Assembly: GCA_964483105.1 (NCBI GenBank)
Contig: CAYZZU010000005.1
Coordinates: forward strand, 24,475 to 88,474
Reading direction: 5' to 3'
DNA: 64,000 nt
Origin: an uncultured Nitrospirota bacterium
GTDB lineage: Bacteria > CG2-30-53-67
The notes under the pieces were generated by a model. The model worked only from the letters and a program-made list of their open reading frames with translations, searched no databases and was not told the DNA's origin. This document shows, in pieces, positions 1-8,922 of this stretch (position 1 is the first letter of the stretch; each line of letters opens with the position of its first letter). Both the position numbers and the translations under genes were made by a program.

Positions 1-4
1 GTTC

Positions 5-436
5 ATGATCCATCGTTTCAACAGGTTGCTCGGTGTTGAGATTCGGGGTTATACCCCCGAGCTTTTAGCGGTTCTGCAAGCCTATGACTGGCCCGGGAAC
101 ATCCGGGAGATGGAGAATGTGATCAAGAAGGCCATGGTCATCTCCCAGGCGGACATCCTGAGTCTTGCAGACTGCCAGCTTCCAGAGATGGGAGCTCCGG
201 ACCCGGACCTGAAGACTCCTCCGGATCTGTCAACCATCCTGCACCAGATGCTGACCCGGGAATTTGTGGCCTCGTCACATCCCTTCGATGGGATTATCGG
301 GAAGATAGAGAAAATCCTGATTGAACAGACACTGGATCTGACCCAGGGCAACCAGCTCAAGGCATCGCATCTGTTAGGGATTGCCCGTACTACGCTGCGT
401 AAGAAGATCAAGGATTACGGGATCGAGAGTAAATAG
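5..436 (+). CDS. sigma54-dependent transcriptional activator (NtrC-family enhancer-binding protein), C-terminal fragment; the 5' end is cut by the window edge
   Basis: Contains the sigma54-activator AAA+ C-terminal signature ...AYDWPGNIREMENVI..., followed by a Fis-type HTH (QLKASHLLGIARTTLRKKIKDYGI) at the C-terminus. Confidence 0.8.
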   Translation: MIHRFNRLLGVEIRGYTPELLAVLQAYDWPGNIREMENVIKKAMVISQADILSLADCQLPEMGAPDPDLKTPPDLSTILHQMLTREFVASSHPFDGIIGKIEKILIEQTLDLTQGNQLKASHLLGIARTTLRKKIKDYGIESK

Positions 437-635
437 TGTAGATAGATTGTTTGTAACCGAAGGCTTCTGTTCTCCTCCCTGATCAGATCCAAACCATCCC
501 TTCCGTATTTTGTATCATTTTTATACAAGCAGACAAGTGTCAGAAACAGGGAGTCATTTTTTCTGCGATTCTCCAACCTTATGTTTTTTTAGATCTTCCT
601 CACTTCCTTTCTTCCAAATCCTTCAGTAGAAGAGT

Positions 636-651
636 TGGCACATTCTTTGCT
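636..651 (+). promoter_or_regulatory. sigma54 (RpoN) -24/-12 promoter, TGGCAC-N5-TTGCT
   Basis: The sequence ttGGCACattctTTGCTc is an exact match to the GG-N10-GC consensus TGGCAC-N5-TTGC. It lies about 40-50 nt upstream of the NHL-repeat gene start and directly downstream of the sigma54 activator gene. Confidence 0.6.
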
Positions 652-687
652 CTTATTCCGGATCGGAATGTTGGGCGCCGTCAAACC

Positions 688-1680
688 TTGGATTGGGCCA
701 TGCGCAAGAGCAACTGCTGTCGAAAGAGGGATATTTCAGATTCCTGCTCGTTTCTATGGGTGTTTTCTCTTGTTCTCGCAAGTGCGGTCTTTTCTGCAAA
801 CGATGTGATTGCCCAGACCGCCCCGAAGATTACCAGCCTTTACGTGATTGATTACGGCACTTCAAGGGGCGATACCCTGGCCGCTCCGCTGGACATCTTC
901 TTCGACCGGGTTAAGAAGGAGCTTTATGTGGCCGACGCCGGCAAGCGCCGGATCCTGATCTACGACCGGAGCGGACGTTACCGGGCAAAGATCCGGCTTT
1001 TTAAGCATTACGGCCTGCCGGGAAGTTTGGTTGTGGATGGCCAGGGAAGGCTCTATATCGCCTCCACCGGTGGCTCCTCGATCACGGTTCTGGCTCCGAA
1101 CGGAGATTTCGTGAAGTCCATTGACCTGACCTCCGGTTTTCATGGGCCGGCAAAGAAACTGGGGGTTGTGTCGATGGCCCTGGGACCGGAGGGGAAGATC
1201 TTTGTGTTGACCAATCTCCGTGGTGTGATGCGGATCGATCCCGAAAATTTCGTCCTGGATCACGTTCCGTTGGAAGTTCTGGACTCGAACGGGAAACCGA
1301 GACTGGTGATGGTGCTTGTTATGACCGTGGATCCGGAGGGGCGGTTTCTCTTCGGCGAGATGCGTCCCGGTTCCGTGGTGGTCTTCAACCGGGAAGGCAA
1401 ATATGTCACCCGCTTCGGGGAATCCGGCGGCGGGCCGCATCAGGTGAGCCGTCCCACGGGTATTGCCGTCGACCGGGAGGGCCGGTTCTATGTCTTGAGC
1501 AAGATTCGTGATGTTGTGGTGGTCTTCGATCGAAACGGCCGGTACCTCCGGGAATGGGGCGGCCCGGGAATCGGCAAAGGGCTCCTCTATTCGGGAACGA
1601 GGATTGTCTATGACGGAGAGAAGACTCTGTATACCCTGGAGCCCGATCTGAAGCGGGTACAGGCCTTTCAAGTCGATTAG
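688..1680 (+). CDS. secreted NHL-repeat beta-propeller protein
   Basis: An N-terminal hydrophobic signal (WVFSLVLASAVFSA) is followed by repeated NHL-type motifs (LYVADAGKRRILIYDRSGRY, FYVLSKIRDVVVVFDRNGRY). The true start may be the internal Met at about position 700. Confidence 0.65.
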   Translation: MDWAMRKSNCCRKRDISDSCSFLWVFSLVLASAVFSANDVIAQTAPKITSLYVIDYGTSRGDTLAAPLDIFFDRVKKELYVADAGKRRILIYDRSGRYRAKIRLFKHYGLPGSLVVDGQGRLYIASTGGSSITVLAPNGDFVKSIDLTSGFHGPAKKLGVVSMALGPEGKIFVLTNLRGVMRIDPENFVLDHVPLEVLDSNGKPRLVMVLVMTVDPEGRFLFGEMRPGSVVVFNREGKYVTRFGESGGGPHQVSRPTGIAVDREGRFYVLSKIRDVVVVFDRNGRYLREWGGPGIGKGLLYSGTRIVYDGEKTLYTLEPDLKRVQAFQVD

Positions 1681-1951
1681 GAAAAACCGGGGGCGCCCCG
1701 CTTGAGAAGAACGCCCCCGGGTCCCTTGAGAACCAGTCCATTACGGGGTCAAGAGACGTGCTCAGCATAGCAGGAAAGCACGCGAAAGTAAAGACGTCTC
1801 TTCCCCCCTGGAGAGAAAGGCAGGATCGTGTCTTTCAGATTCCATCAGGAAGGGAGGTGATCAGGAGAACAGGCGTTTTTCTGTTCCAAGGGGGAATGGA
1901 AAAATATGGAAACAAAATGAGCTTCAGGAAACAAACTTCAGGAGGTTGAAA

Positions 1952-3313
1952 ATGAAACGATATGTATTCCTCACGGCAATGATTGCGGCCCTGGCCCTTT
2001 CAGCGCCGATGGCGATGGCCTTGGCGCCATCCCAGACGGGAAACGGCGTGAACACCATGCTGTTCCATTCCTATGACGGCCTGGTATGCGCCGACTGTCA
2101 CACGATCCACTTCAGTGAAAACGGGACCACGCCTGCCGGCGCCGATACGGGCGGTCCCTGGCAGAAACTTCTGAAAAAGAAGACCAATGCCGATATCTGC
2201 CTCGGCTGCCACACGGAAGGGTCGAACACGGCCGCCACGGCCTGGGGTGGAACCCTTCCTGCCGGTCAGTCCTGGACGGCTCCGATCGTCAAGACTCTGA
2301 ATGGAGAGGATCCGGACACCCTCGGGATCTCCATGCCGGCCGGTGATTTCTACTTCAGCGACCAGGACCCGGCCAAGGGGCACAACCCCGCCTGGACGCA
2401 CGGGAATCAGGCCGCGAGCATGTCGGTGGATACGGTCCTGGGAAACTGGCCTCCGACACCGCCTGGAAACGGCGCGACCGGCTATAACGAACCGGACTGG
2501 GATTGCCATACCTGTCACGGCATGCACAACCGTTTTTCCGGGAGTTACAGCGCTTGGCGTCAGGTCAAAAGGAAGGTGAACGGCATTGTCCACACCGGTG
2601 ATGTCTCGGGTCTCGGGGTCGAGACGACCACGGGCAACAAGGGAGCCACAGCCGCAGGCTATGAGCCGATTGAGAGTAACTCCCGCGGGGACATCCAGGG
2701 GACGAGCTATGTGAACCTGAGGGCCGACGGGCAGCCTCTGGATGGGGCGGATCTTTTTGCGCCCTATAGTGAGACCAATAAGAACGTCTACCGGGGCGGG
2801 TTTTCCTCTTTCTGCTCGGTCTGTCACGGGGATTTCCACGGCGGCACCGAGACCAGTTCGGCGACCGGCGATCCGACCTCTTCGACGGGGAATACCGCTG
2901 TGAGCGGTCCGCACTGGTTCCGGCACCCGACCAACGTGGCCCTGGACGGAAAGAAATACAATGTCTCCAAGTACACGGTGACTGTGACGAACTTCCAGGG
3001 GACCAATCCCAACCCTCCGGGCTATGACTGGAAATACCCCCTGCGGCGCGTGGACGGGACTTGGACCGTCACCAGCCCGAGCACAGCGGGGGAAGTGGCT
3101 CCCACCGACCGTGTCATGTGCCTGACCTGTCACTTCGCTCATGCCGGACCCAACGCCAACGCGTTGAGGTGGGATGAGGCGGGACAGCCCGCTTTCATCG
3201 CCAACGGCGCGGCCGACTCGTACCATGACACCAGCAACGGCGACAACCCGGCCTTCGGCTGCAACAAGTGCCATCAGAAGGGTGGACACAACGCCTATAT
3301 CAAGAGCTTCTAA
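1952..3313 (+). CDS. secreted hexaheme c-type cytochrome of the OmcS-like family
   Basis: An AGGAGG ribosome-binding site sits 7 nt upstream of the ATG at 1952; the ORF track starts at a TTG at 1946. There is a signal peptide (MKRYVFLTAMIAALALSAPMAMA). Six CxxCH motifs are present (CADCH, CLGCH, CHTCH, CSVCH, CLTCH, CNKCH), with an MPAGDF motif and a C-terminal CNKCH. Spacing and motif flavour resemble Geobacter OmcS as I recall it (CEGCHTMHN ... CNKCHAKD). Confidence 0.75.
   Translation: MKRYVFLTAMIAALALSAPMAMALAPSQTGNGVNTMLFHSYDGLVCADCHTIHFSENGTTPAGADTGGPWQKLLKKKTNADICLGCHTEGSNTAATAWGGTLPAGQSWTAPIVKTLNGEDPDTLGISMPAGDFYFSDQDPAKGHNPAWTHGNQAASMSVDTVLGNWPPTPPGNGATGYNEPDWDCHTCHGMHNRFSGSYSAWRQVKRKVNGIVHTGDVSGLGVETTTGNKGATAAGYEPIESNSRGDIQGTSYVNLRADGQPLDGADLFAPYSETNKNVYRGGFSSFCSVCHGDFHGGTETSSATGDPTSSTGNTAVSGPHWFRHPTNVALDGKKYNVSKYTVTVTNFQGTNPNPPGYDWKYPLRRVDGTWTVTSPSTAGEVAPTDRVMCLTCHFAHAGPNANALRWDEAGQPAFIANGAADSYHDTSNGDNPAFGCNKCHQKGGHNAYIKSF
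2996..3133 (+). repeat. approximately 138-nt near-identical tract shared with 4510-4647 (paralog duplication or gene conversion)
   Basis: Aligning by eye, caggggaccaatcccaaccctccgggctatgactggaaata...gtgcctgacctgtcac differs from the second copy at only a minority of positions. Confidence 0.6.
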
Positions 3314-3340
3314 CCTGGACTCCGGTCCGGGTGTAGTCAG

Positions 3341-3372
3341 GCGGGGGGGGAATCCCTCCCCCGCCGTTTGAA
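3341..3372 (+). terminator. possible intrinsic terminator hairpin after the first OmcS-like gene
   Basis: A GC-rich inverted repeat (gcgggggggg aatccct ccccccgc) is followed by cgTTTgaat. The U-tract is weak. Confidence 0.3.
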
Positions 3373-3420
3373 TGGGATGGTTTTGTGAAAGGCCCGCCGA
3401 TTTTTCCTCTTCAGAAAAAA

Positions 3421-3435
3421 GGCGGACTTTCTGCA
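3421..3435 (+). promoter_or_regulatory. weak sigma54-like -24/-12 element (aGGcgg-N5-cTGCa) upstream of the second OmcS-like gene
   Basis: The GG-N10-GC spacing is conserved about 30 nt upstream of the ATG at 3466. The flanking consensus bases are only partly matched. Confidence 0.25.
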
Positions 3436-3465
3436 AGGCCATCGCACATCGATCGAGGGAAGTTC

Positions 3466-4827
3466 ATGATGCACAAAAGGATGTCAGGACGATGGGGAAA
3501 AGCTGTTTTCCGGATGATCTGCGGGGCGCTCCTCTGCGTGGAGATCGGGTTCCTGCAGACCGGTCCGGCGGAGGGCGCGGGTCTCGCCCCACGCGGGAGC
3601 CGGACCGGCCTCTTCCATGTCTATGACGCACTGACCTGCAGTTTCTGCCACACCGTGCATTACAGTGAGGGAGGAACGACTCCACAGAATGCCGATATCG
3701 GGGGTCCCTTTCAGAAACTCCTCATCAAGCGGAGTACCACCGACCTCTGTCTGGGATGTCACGCGGAGCCGGCGGCCCAGCTTTTCGGAGCGCCGATGGT
3801 CATGACCCTGAATGGGACCAATCCGGCCCTGGCGAGCCGGGCCATGCCGGCCGGTGATTTTTATTATTCAAACGTGAACCCGGCAAACGGTCACAATCCG
3901 ACCTGGACCAACGGCCATACCTCGACGGTTCTCGCAACGGACCCGGTCCTCGCCCCTTCCTTTCCACCCAGTCCGCCGGGCCTGGATATCGTATGGACCG
4001 AACCGAACTGGGACTGCACAACCTGCCACGGGGCGCACAACCGTTTCGGCGCGGAAATTACGGCGTGGCGGCAATTGAGACGGACCATCAACGGCGTGGT
4101 TCACACCGGGAGTGACACCGTGGCCCTCGGGGTGGAGCTGGACGGGGGAGACCAGGGGGCGACCACAGTCGGGTATGAACCGATCGCCAGCAATTCCCGG
4201 GGATATATTGACGGGACCTCTTATTACCGGAAACGGGCCGACGGCCAACCGCTGGACGGCGCCGACCTTTTCGCGCCCGAGGGACCGACCAACAAGAACG
4301 TCTACCGGGGGGGATTCTCCTCCTTCTGCGCCGTCTGCCACGGAGCCTTCCACGGAGGGACGGAGACCGTCATGGATTCGACTTCCGTGGCGACCTCCAG
4401 CACCGGCAACACGGCCGGGACCACTCACTGGCTCCGGCATCCGACCAATGTGGCCCTGAACGGGATCCGGTATAATGTGGCCAAATACACGGTGACCGTG
4501 AGCAACAGCCAGGGGACCAATCCCAACCCTCCAGGCTATGACTGGAAATATCCGCTCCGCAGGGTGGATGGAACCTGGACCGCGACCAGTCCGAGCACGG
4601 CGGGGGAGGTGGCTCCCACCGACCGGGTTATGTGCCTGACCTGTCACAAGGCGCATGCCTCCCAGTACTCGAATTCACTGCGGTGGGACAATGCCGGTCA
4701 TGCGGCCTTTCTCGCGAACGGAGAGTTGGATGGATATTATGAGGCATCGAATGGTGACAACCCGGCCTACGGGTGCAACAAGTGCCATCAGAAGGGGGGC
4801 GCCAGCGCCTTTTCAAAGTCTTTCTAA
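3466..4827 (+). CDS. secreted hexaheme c-type cytochrome, OmcS-like tandem paralog
   Basis: I chose the first in-frame ATG with a hydrophobic signal (MMHKRMSGRWGKAVFRMICGALLCV); the ORF track begins earlier at 3385. Six CxxCH motifs (CSFCH, CLGCH, CTTCH, CAVCH, CLTCH, CNKCH) occur in the same order and spacing as the upstream paralog. The two genes share near-identical nucleotide tracts. Confidence 0.75.
   Translation: MMHKRMSGRWGKAVFRMICGALLCVEIGFLQTGPAEGAGLAPRGSRTGLFHVYDALTCSFCHTVHYSEGGTTPQNADIGGPFQKLLIKRSTTDLCLGCHAEPAAQLFGAPMVMTLNGTNPALASRAMPAGDFYYSNVNPANGHNPTWTNGHTSTVLATDPVLAPSFPPSPPGLDIVWTEPNWDCTTCHGAHNRFGAEITAWRQLRRTINGVVHTGSDTVALGVELDGGDQGATTVGYEPIASNSRGYIDGTSYYRKRADGQPLDGADLFAPEGPTNKNVYRGGFSSFCAVCHGAFHGGTETVMDSTSVATSSTGNTAGTTHWLRHPTNVALNGIRYNVAKYTVTVSNSQGTNPNPPGYDWKYPLRRVDGTWTATSPSTAGEVAPTDRVMCLTCHKAHASQYSNSLRWDNAGHAAFLANGELDGYYEASNGDNPAYGCNKCHQKGGASAFSKSF
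4510..4647 (+). repeat. second copy of the conserved tract between the tandem OmcS-like genes
   Basis: See 2996-3133. It encodes the same GTNPNPPGYDWKYPLRRVDGTW..APTDRVMCLTCH peptide. Confidence 0.6.
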
Positions 4828-4843
4828 CAGAACAGGGGAAACG

Positions 4844-7042
4844 ATGAAAATCAAGATCAGACGGGAACCGGTTCGAACCCTCATCCAGGGTGTTCAGGGC
4901 ATCCTGATCACTCTGTCTCTCCTTGTGGTATCCTGCGCGGAGGCGGCCACTCTCCCGAACGGCGGCTGGAGTCCGATCTGCTCTCCGGACGGGTCCAGAG
5001 TGCTCTTTCTCTCCTCGTCCATGCACATGCCCGGAAAACTCTGGGTCATGAACGTGGATGGGAGCGGAATTCGGCGGTTGACCGCGTTCGGTGTGGTGCA
5101 CCCCTCCTGGTCCTCGGACGGCCGGTCCATCTTCTTCTCCCGGTGGGGGGAGCGCACGGCAAACCGGGAAAGTCTCCGGATCGAGCCCTCCACTTCGTCC
5201 CGGGGCGTGCCCTCCGTTCCCGATGCCGCGCTCGATTTTGCCTTTTCTCCCGATCGGGGTTTCCTTGCCTATATCCTGGCTGCCGGGCCTCACCGGGATC
5301 TCTGGATCGCGAAGGCCGACGGGACCGGGCGCCGGGGGGTGACGGAAAAACTCTTCGTGCGTTCCGTCACCTGGTCTCCGCGCGGAAAGTCACTTCTCTT
5401 CACGGAGGGGAAGACCTACGGGAACGGAATCTGGTCCGTGGACCCCTCCACGGGGGCGCTTCGAAATCTCGTTCGTGGTTTCTGTGGGACGCCTTTCTTT
5501 TCTCCGGATGGGAATCGAATCGCCTACGTCTTCCCCTGGAATCAGGTGAAAGGGAAGGAGGGCCGATACGGCATTCGGATCCTGCAGACGGACGGGAAGG
5601 GACGGAAAGAATACCAGGCGCCTCACCTCGACGGGCTGCGTCTTGCCTGGACCCCCGACGGGTCCGGGATCTGCTATACGGGAGAGGCGAAAGTCAAGGG
5701 CAGCCTGGGGCAGTCCTACAAGATGACCCACCTCAAGGCTGCCCCGGAGGAGCCGGAAATGGAACGGGCGGTCTGGAGGCTGGATCTCCGGGAGGGAAAG
5801 GAAGAGCGCCTGACGCCGTCCGGCCTGACGGTCGGTTCCTTCTCCTGGTCCCCGGACGGGGGGCGTCTTCTGCTGGGTGGAGTCCAAAACACCGGTTTTG
5901 CCTCCGAGGTATGGAGTCTTTCCTTTCCCGGGCATACGCTGAAACGGCTGGTCGCAAGCCGTTCCTCCGATTGGCTTCCCACTCCCTTTCCGGACGGGAC
6001 GCGTGTCGCCTATCTCAGCAATCGGAACCACAGCGGAATGCTGATCCTGACCGATGATGAAGGACGGGAAATCCGTCGTTTTGACCCCCTGGCGATTACG
6101 GGAGAGGACCGGATCGCCCTTCTGGACGACGAGAAGGTCCTCTTTCTCTACAATCCATCCGGGTTCCGGATGGTGGACCTGGCTGAAAATACGCGGTTGC
6201 ATCTGCATGTGGCTCCCAAGGCGAAACTCCTGGAATTGAGGACCTCTCTCCAGGAAAGGAAGATTTTGATCGATGCGCTTCGAAAGTATGACGGGTTTCC
6301 TCAGCTTAGTCTTCTGACCGGGAAAGGGGATTCTCTTGGAGAGGTCGACCTGGGTGGGAGGAGAGTTGAAATGCAGCCACGATGGTCCTTCGACGGCAAA
6401 AAGATTGCCTTTACCGACGGGGTGGACCTCTGGCGGATGGATACGAATGGAAAGAACCGGACGCGGCTGACTCATTTCAGGGAGGAAAACGAACACCCGG
6501 GCATCTGGAAACGATGGATGGAACGGCTGAGGGGAGGACGAACCCGTTCCTTTGTTTCCGATCCGTTCTGGTCTCCGGACGGATCCCGAATCGCTTATGT
6601 CGTCACGGTATACCGGAACCCGGGGAATCCTGAGAGAGAGGTCTGGTGGAGCAATCCGGACGGAAGCTCCGCCCGGAGGATCTATTCGGAGGAGATTACC
6701 GTTCCGGACCAGACCCTGGTCTCGGATCGAACGACATCCCCTTTTTTTGACCTGGACGGGAAATTCATCTTTCTAACCTCCATGATCGGGGGGCTGCCGA
6801 ACCTGATCTCCGTTCATCTCACGGATCGGGAGGTTCGGGTCCTGACGAAAACCGGGGCGCTTTTCCCCTCTCTGTTGCCTGAACAGGAAGAGATTCTCTA
6901 TACCGCCCTGGATGGGGAGGAGGAGCATCTGATGGTGATGAACCTGGATGGAAGCGGCAAAAGGCCCTTTCTGATACCTGACGCAGGGAAAGCGTCGAAC
7001 GTTGTGCGAGGCGGGATAAACCATGCTTCAGCGGATTTTTAA
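4844..7042 (+). CDS. TolB-like PD40/WD40-like beta-propeller repeat protein, probable lipoprotein
   Basis: The start is set at ATG 4844 (MKIKIRR), with a GGGGAA ribosome-binding site, because the track ORF from 4655 overlaps the upstream gene. The signal and possible lipobox is ...LLVVSC. At least 10 PD40-type repeats are present (FSPDGSRVLF, WSSDGRSIFFS, FSPDGNRIAY, WTPDGSGICY, WSPDGGRLLL, WSFDGKKIAFT, WSPDGSRIAYV). Confidence 0.7.
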   Translation: MKIKIRREPVRTLIQGVQGILITLSLLVVSCAEAATLPNGGWSPICSPDGSRVLFLSSSMHMPGKLWVMNVDGSGIRRLTAFGVVHPSWSSDGRSIFFSRWGERTANRESLRIEPSTSSRGVPSVPDAALDFAFSPDRGFLAYILAAGPHRDLWIAKADGTGRRGVTEKLFVRSVTWSPRGKSLLFTEGKTYGNGIWSVDPSTGALRNLVRGFCGTPFFSPDGNRIAYVFPWNQVKGKEGRYGIRILQTDGKGRKEYQAPHLDGLRLAWTPDGSGICYTGEAKVKGSLGQSYKMTHLKAAPEEPEMERAVWRLDLREGKEERLTPSGLTVGSFSWSPDGGRLLLGGVQNTGFASEVWSLSFPGHTLKRLVASRSSDWLPTPFPDGTRVAYLSNRNHSGMLILTDDEGREIRRFDPLAITGEDRIALLDDEKVLFLYNPSGFRMVDLAENTRLHLHVAPKAKLLELRTSLQERKILIDALRKYDGFPQLSLLTGKGDSLGEVDLGGRRVEMQPRWSFDGKKIAFTDGVDLWRMDTNGKNRTRLTHFREENEHPGIWKRWMERLRGGRTRSFVSDPFWSPDGSRIAYVVTVYRNPGNPEREVWWSNPDGSSARRIYSEEITVPDQTLVSDRTTSPFFDLDGKFIFLTSMIGGLPNLISVHLTDREVRVLTKTGALFPSLLPEQEEILYTALDGEEEHLMVMNLDGSGKRPFLIPDAGKASNVVRGGINHASADF

Positions 7043-7988
7043 AAAAGAGAGGCCATATCCCCTGTTCCGCGCGCTCTGTGCAGTTGCGGTTCTATTACTT
7101 GGAATACCGGGAGCGGCGCGTGCCGTTCGTCCCAGAGAAATTGTTGAACAGGGTTTTTTCGGACGGGGACTGCAGGAACCGGCAAGCCTCTGGTTTGACC
7201 GGTACCGGAATCGGATTCTGGTCGCGGATACGGGGAATCATCGGGTGATGGTCTATTCCACGGACGGGAAAGAGCTTTTGCGGTTAGGCCGGCGTGGAGA
7301 ACTCGCCTTCCCGTTCGGGGTGGCCTCGGATCGCGCCGGGAATCTCTATATCAGTGAACAGAAGAGCGGCAGAGTGAAGGTCCTGCGACATTATGATGAA
7401 ATTCAGCAGTCGCTGGATAAAAAAGAGGAATATATCAACCTGCCACTCGAGGAAACCGGGGGGAAGAAACCGGCCAAGGCGGGCCGGATCTTCGTGGGGA
7501 AGGACGACCGGATCTACATGATTGATACGGCGAATCAACGCGTGCTCGTTCTGAACCCGGACGGCGCATTCCTCCTGGCCTTCGGCGCCCATGGAATCGG
7601 CAGGGGAAAATTTCTGCGTCCCGCCGATCTCTGTCTCGATTCCGCCGGAAGGATCTATGTCACGGATCCCGGCGCCGAACGGGTCCAGGTCTTTACCAGC
7701 CGGGGGAAATTTCTCTACCGTCTGGGACGGGATATCCGCCGGGTGCAGGGAATCGACTTGGCCGTGGGGATTGCCGTGGACCGGATGAACAACGTCTGGA
7801 TGACCGACCGCGCGCGCCGGAATCTTTTCGTGGAGGACCAGAATGGAAACCGGGTCTTTCAATATCCCGAAGGAAACGGACCGGGTATCTTTTCCTTTCC
7901 AGTCGGGCTGGCTTTCGGTACCACGGATCGTCTCTATGTACTGGAAAAGGGGTCCGGAACCATCCGCGTTTTCGGGATACGGTACTGA
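7023..7988 (+). CDS. secreted NHL-repeat beta-propeller protein
   Basis: A signal peptide (LFRALCAVAVLLLGIPGAARA) is followed by NHL motifs (ILVADTGNHRVMVYSTDGK, IYVTDPGAERVQVFTSRGKF, LYVLEKGSGTIRVF). Confidence 0.7.
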   Translation: MLQRIFKKERPYPLFRALCAVAVLLLGIPGAARAVRPREIVEQGFFGRGLQEPASLWFDRYRNRILVADTGNHRVMVYSTDGKELLRLGRRGELAFPFGVASDRAGNLYISEQKSGRVKVLRHYDEIQQSLDKKEEYINLPLEETGGKKPAKAGRIFVGKDDRIYMIDTANQRVLVLNPDGAFLLAFGAHGIGRGKFLRPADLCLDSAGRIYVTDPGAERVQVFTSRGKFLYRLGRDIRRVQGIDLAVGIAVDRMNNVWMTDRARRNLFVEDQNGNRVFQYPEGNGPGIFSFPVGLAFGTTDRLYVLEKGSGTIRVFGIRY

Positions 7989-7989
7989 A

Positions 7990-8922
7990 ATGATGAATGC
8001 GAAACGAGTCATTTTCACCGGGTGGGTGACCGCGGTCTTGATTTTCCATGCCACGCTTCTTCCCGCCGGATCCTTCCCGCCGATCCGATTTGTGAAGGCG
8101 GTGACGGAACAGGGTGGAGCGCCCCTGTTCCGGGATCCTCTGCAGATGTCCCTGGCCCCCTCTCTTCATGAGGTTGCCGTGACCAATTCAGGAAGCGGAG
8201 ATATCGTCCTGTTGAGGGTGGAGGACGAGAAGGTTCTGCTTCGGATCACCGGACGTTCCGGTTTGCGGCCGCCCTTTGGCATTCATCTCAATCCGGACAA
8301 AACGATCCTGGCGGGGGAACTGACCGGCCGGGAAGGTTTGAAACTTTTTGATCCGACCGGCCGATTGCTGGATCGGTGGGACCTGATCCGAGCCTGCGGT
8401 TATCCGATCCGTCCGGGGAGGATCCGCGCGACGGGTGACGGAGGAACTCTCGTGGTCGAACGGCTGCGCGACCGGGTCCTCGTGCTGGGGCCGAAGGGAA
8501 AACTCCGGAAGATCATCGGGAAGGAAGAAAAGCTGGACCAGGTGCAGGATGCCGCTCCCGGTCCGGGAGGAAGGCGGTTCTTTGTCCTTTGCAACGGGGG
8601 CAAGGCCGTCCGGGTTTTTTCCGGGAAGGGAAGGTTTCTGTACGCCTTCGGAAGACACGCCGCTTCCCCCGACAGTTTTTCCTTCCCCTGCGCCCTTTCT
8701 TTTGACCGGAGGGGTAGACTGTGGGTCGTGGATGCCTTTCAGCATCGTCTCAAGGTCTTTTCCCCGGAAGGAAAGTTTCTTTTCCAGTTCGGAGGGCTCG
8801 GCATGAAACCGGATCAATTCTTCTTCCCGGTAGACCTGGCCTTCGCGGGCCGGTCGCGGCTCTGGGTTCTGGAAAAGGGAGCGAACCGGATTAAGATCTA
8901 TGACGTGGAGGACCTGAAATGA
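7990..8922 (+). CDS. secreted NHL-repeat beta-propeller protein (third paralog)
   Basis: The start at ATGATG 7990 overlaps the previous stop (ctgaAATGATG). There is a hydrophobic N-terminus (VIFTGWVTAVLIFHATLLPAGS). NHL motifs are present (LWVVDAFQHRLKVFSPEGKF, LWVLEKGANRIKIYD). Confidence 0.65.
   Translation: MMNAKRVIFTGWVTAVLIFHATLLPAGSFPPIRFVKAVTEQGGAPLFRDPLQMSLAPSLHEVAVTNSGSGDIVLLRVEDEKVLLRITGRSGLRPPFGIHLNPDKTILAGELTGREGLKLFDPTGRLLDRWDLIRACGYPIRPGRIRATGDGGTLVVERLRDRVLVLGPKGKLRKIIGKEEKLDQVQDAAPGPGGRRFFVLCNGGKAVRVFSGKGRFLYAFGRHAASPDSFSFPCALSFDRRGRLWVVDAFQHRLKVFSPEGKFLFQFGGLGMKPDQFFFPVDLAFAGRSRLWVLEKGANRIKIYDVEDLK

Noticed and set aside
1687-1724. A 9-bp perfect inverted repeat (CCGGGGGCG ... 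CGCCCCCGG) downstream of the first NHL gene, which could be a terminator.
   Set aside because: The loop is about 16 nt and no U-tract follows. It may be an RNA structure or processing site, but it is not a convincing intrinsic terminator.
2000-3442. A long minus-strand ORF of 480 aa antisense to the first OmcS-like gene. Similar long antisense or alternative-frame ORFs occur at 862-1671, 3868-4656, 5390-6496, 9933-11027, 17079-18119, 44507-46447 and 47034-49352.
   Set aside because: They are Arg/Gly/Pro-rich with a low-complexity composition typical of spurious ORFs in roughly 60% GC DNA. They overlap genes that carry strong protein-family signatures on the other strand or frame.
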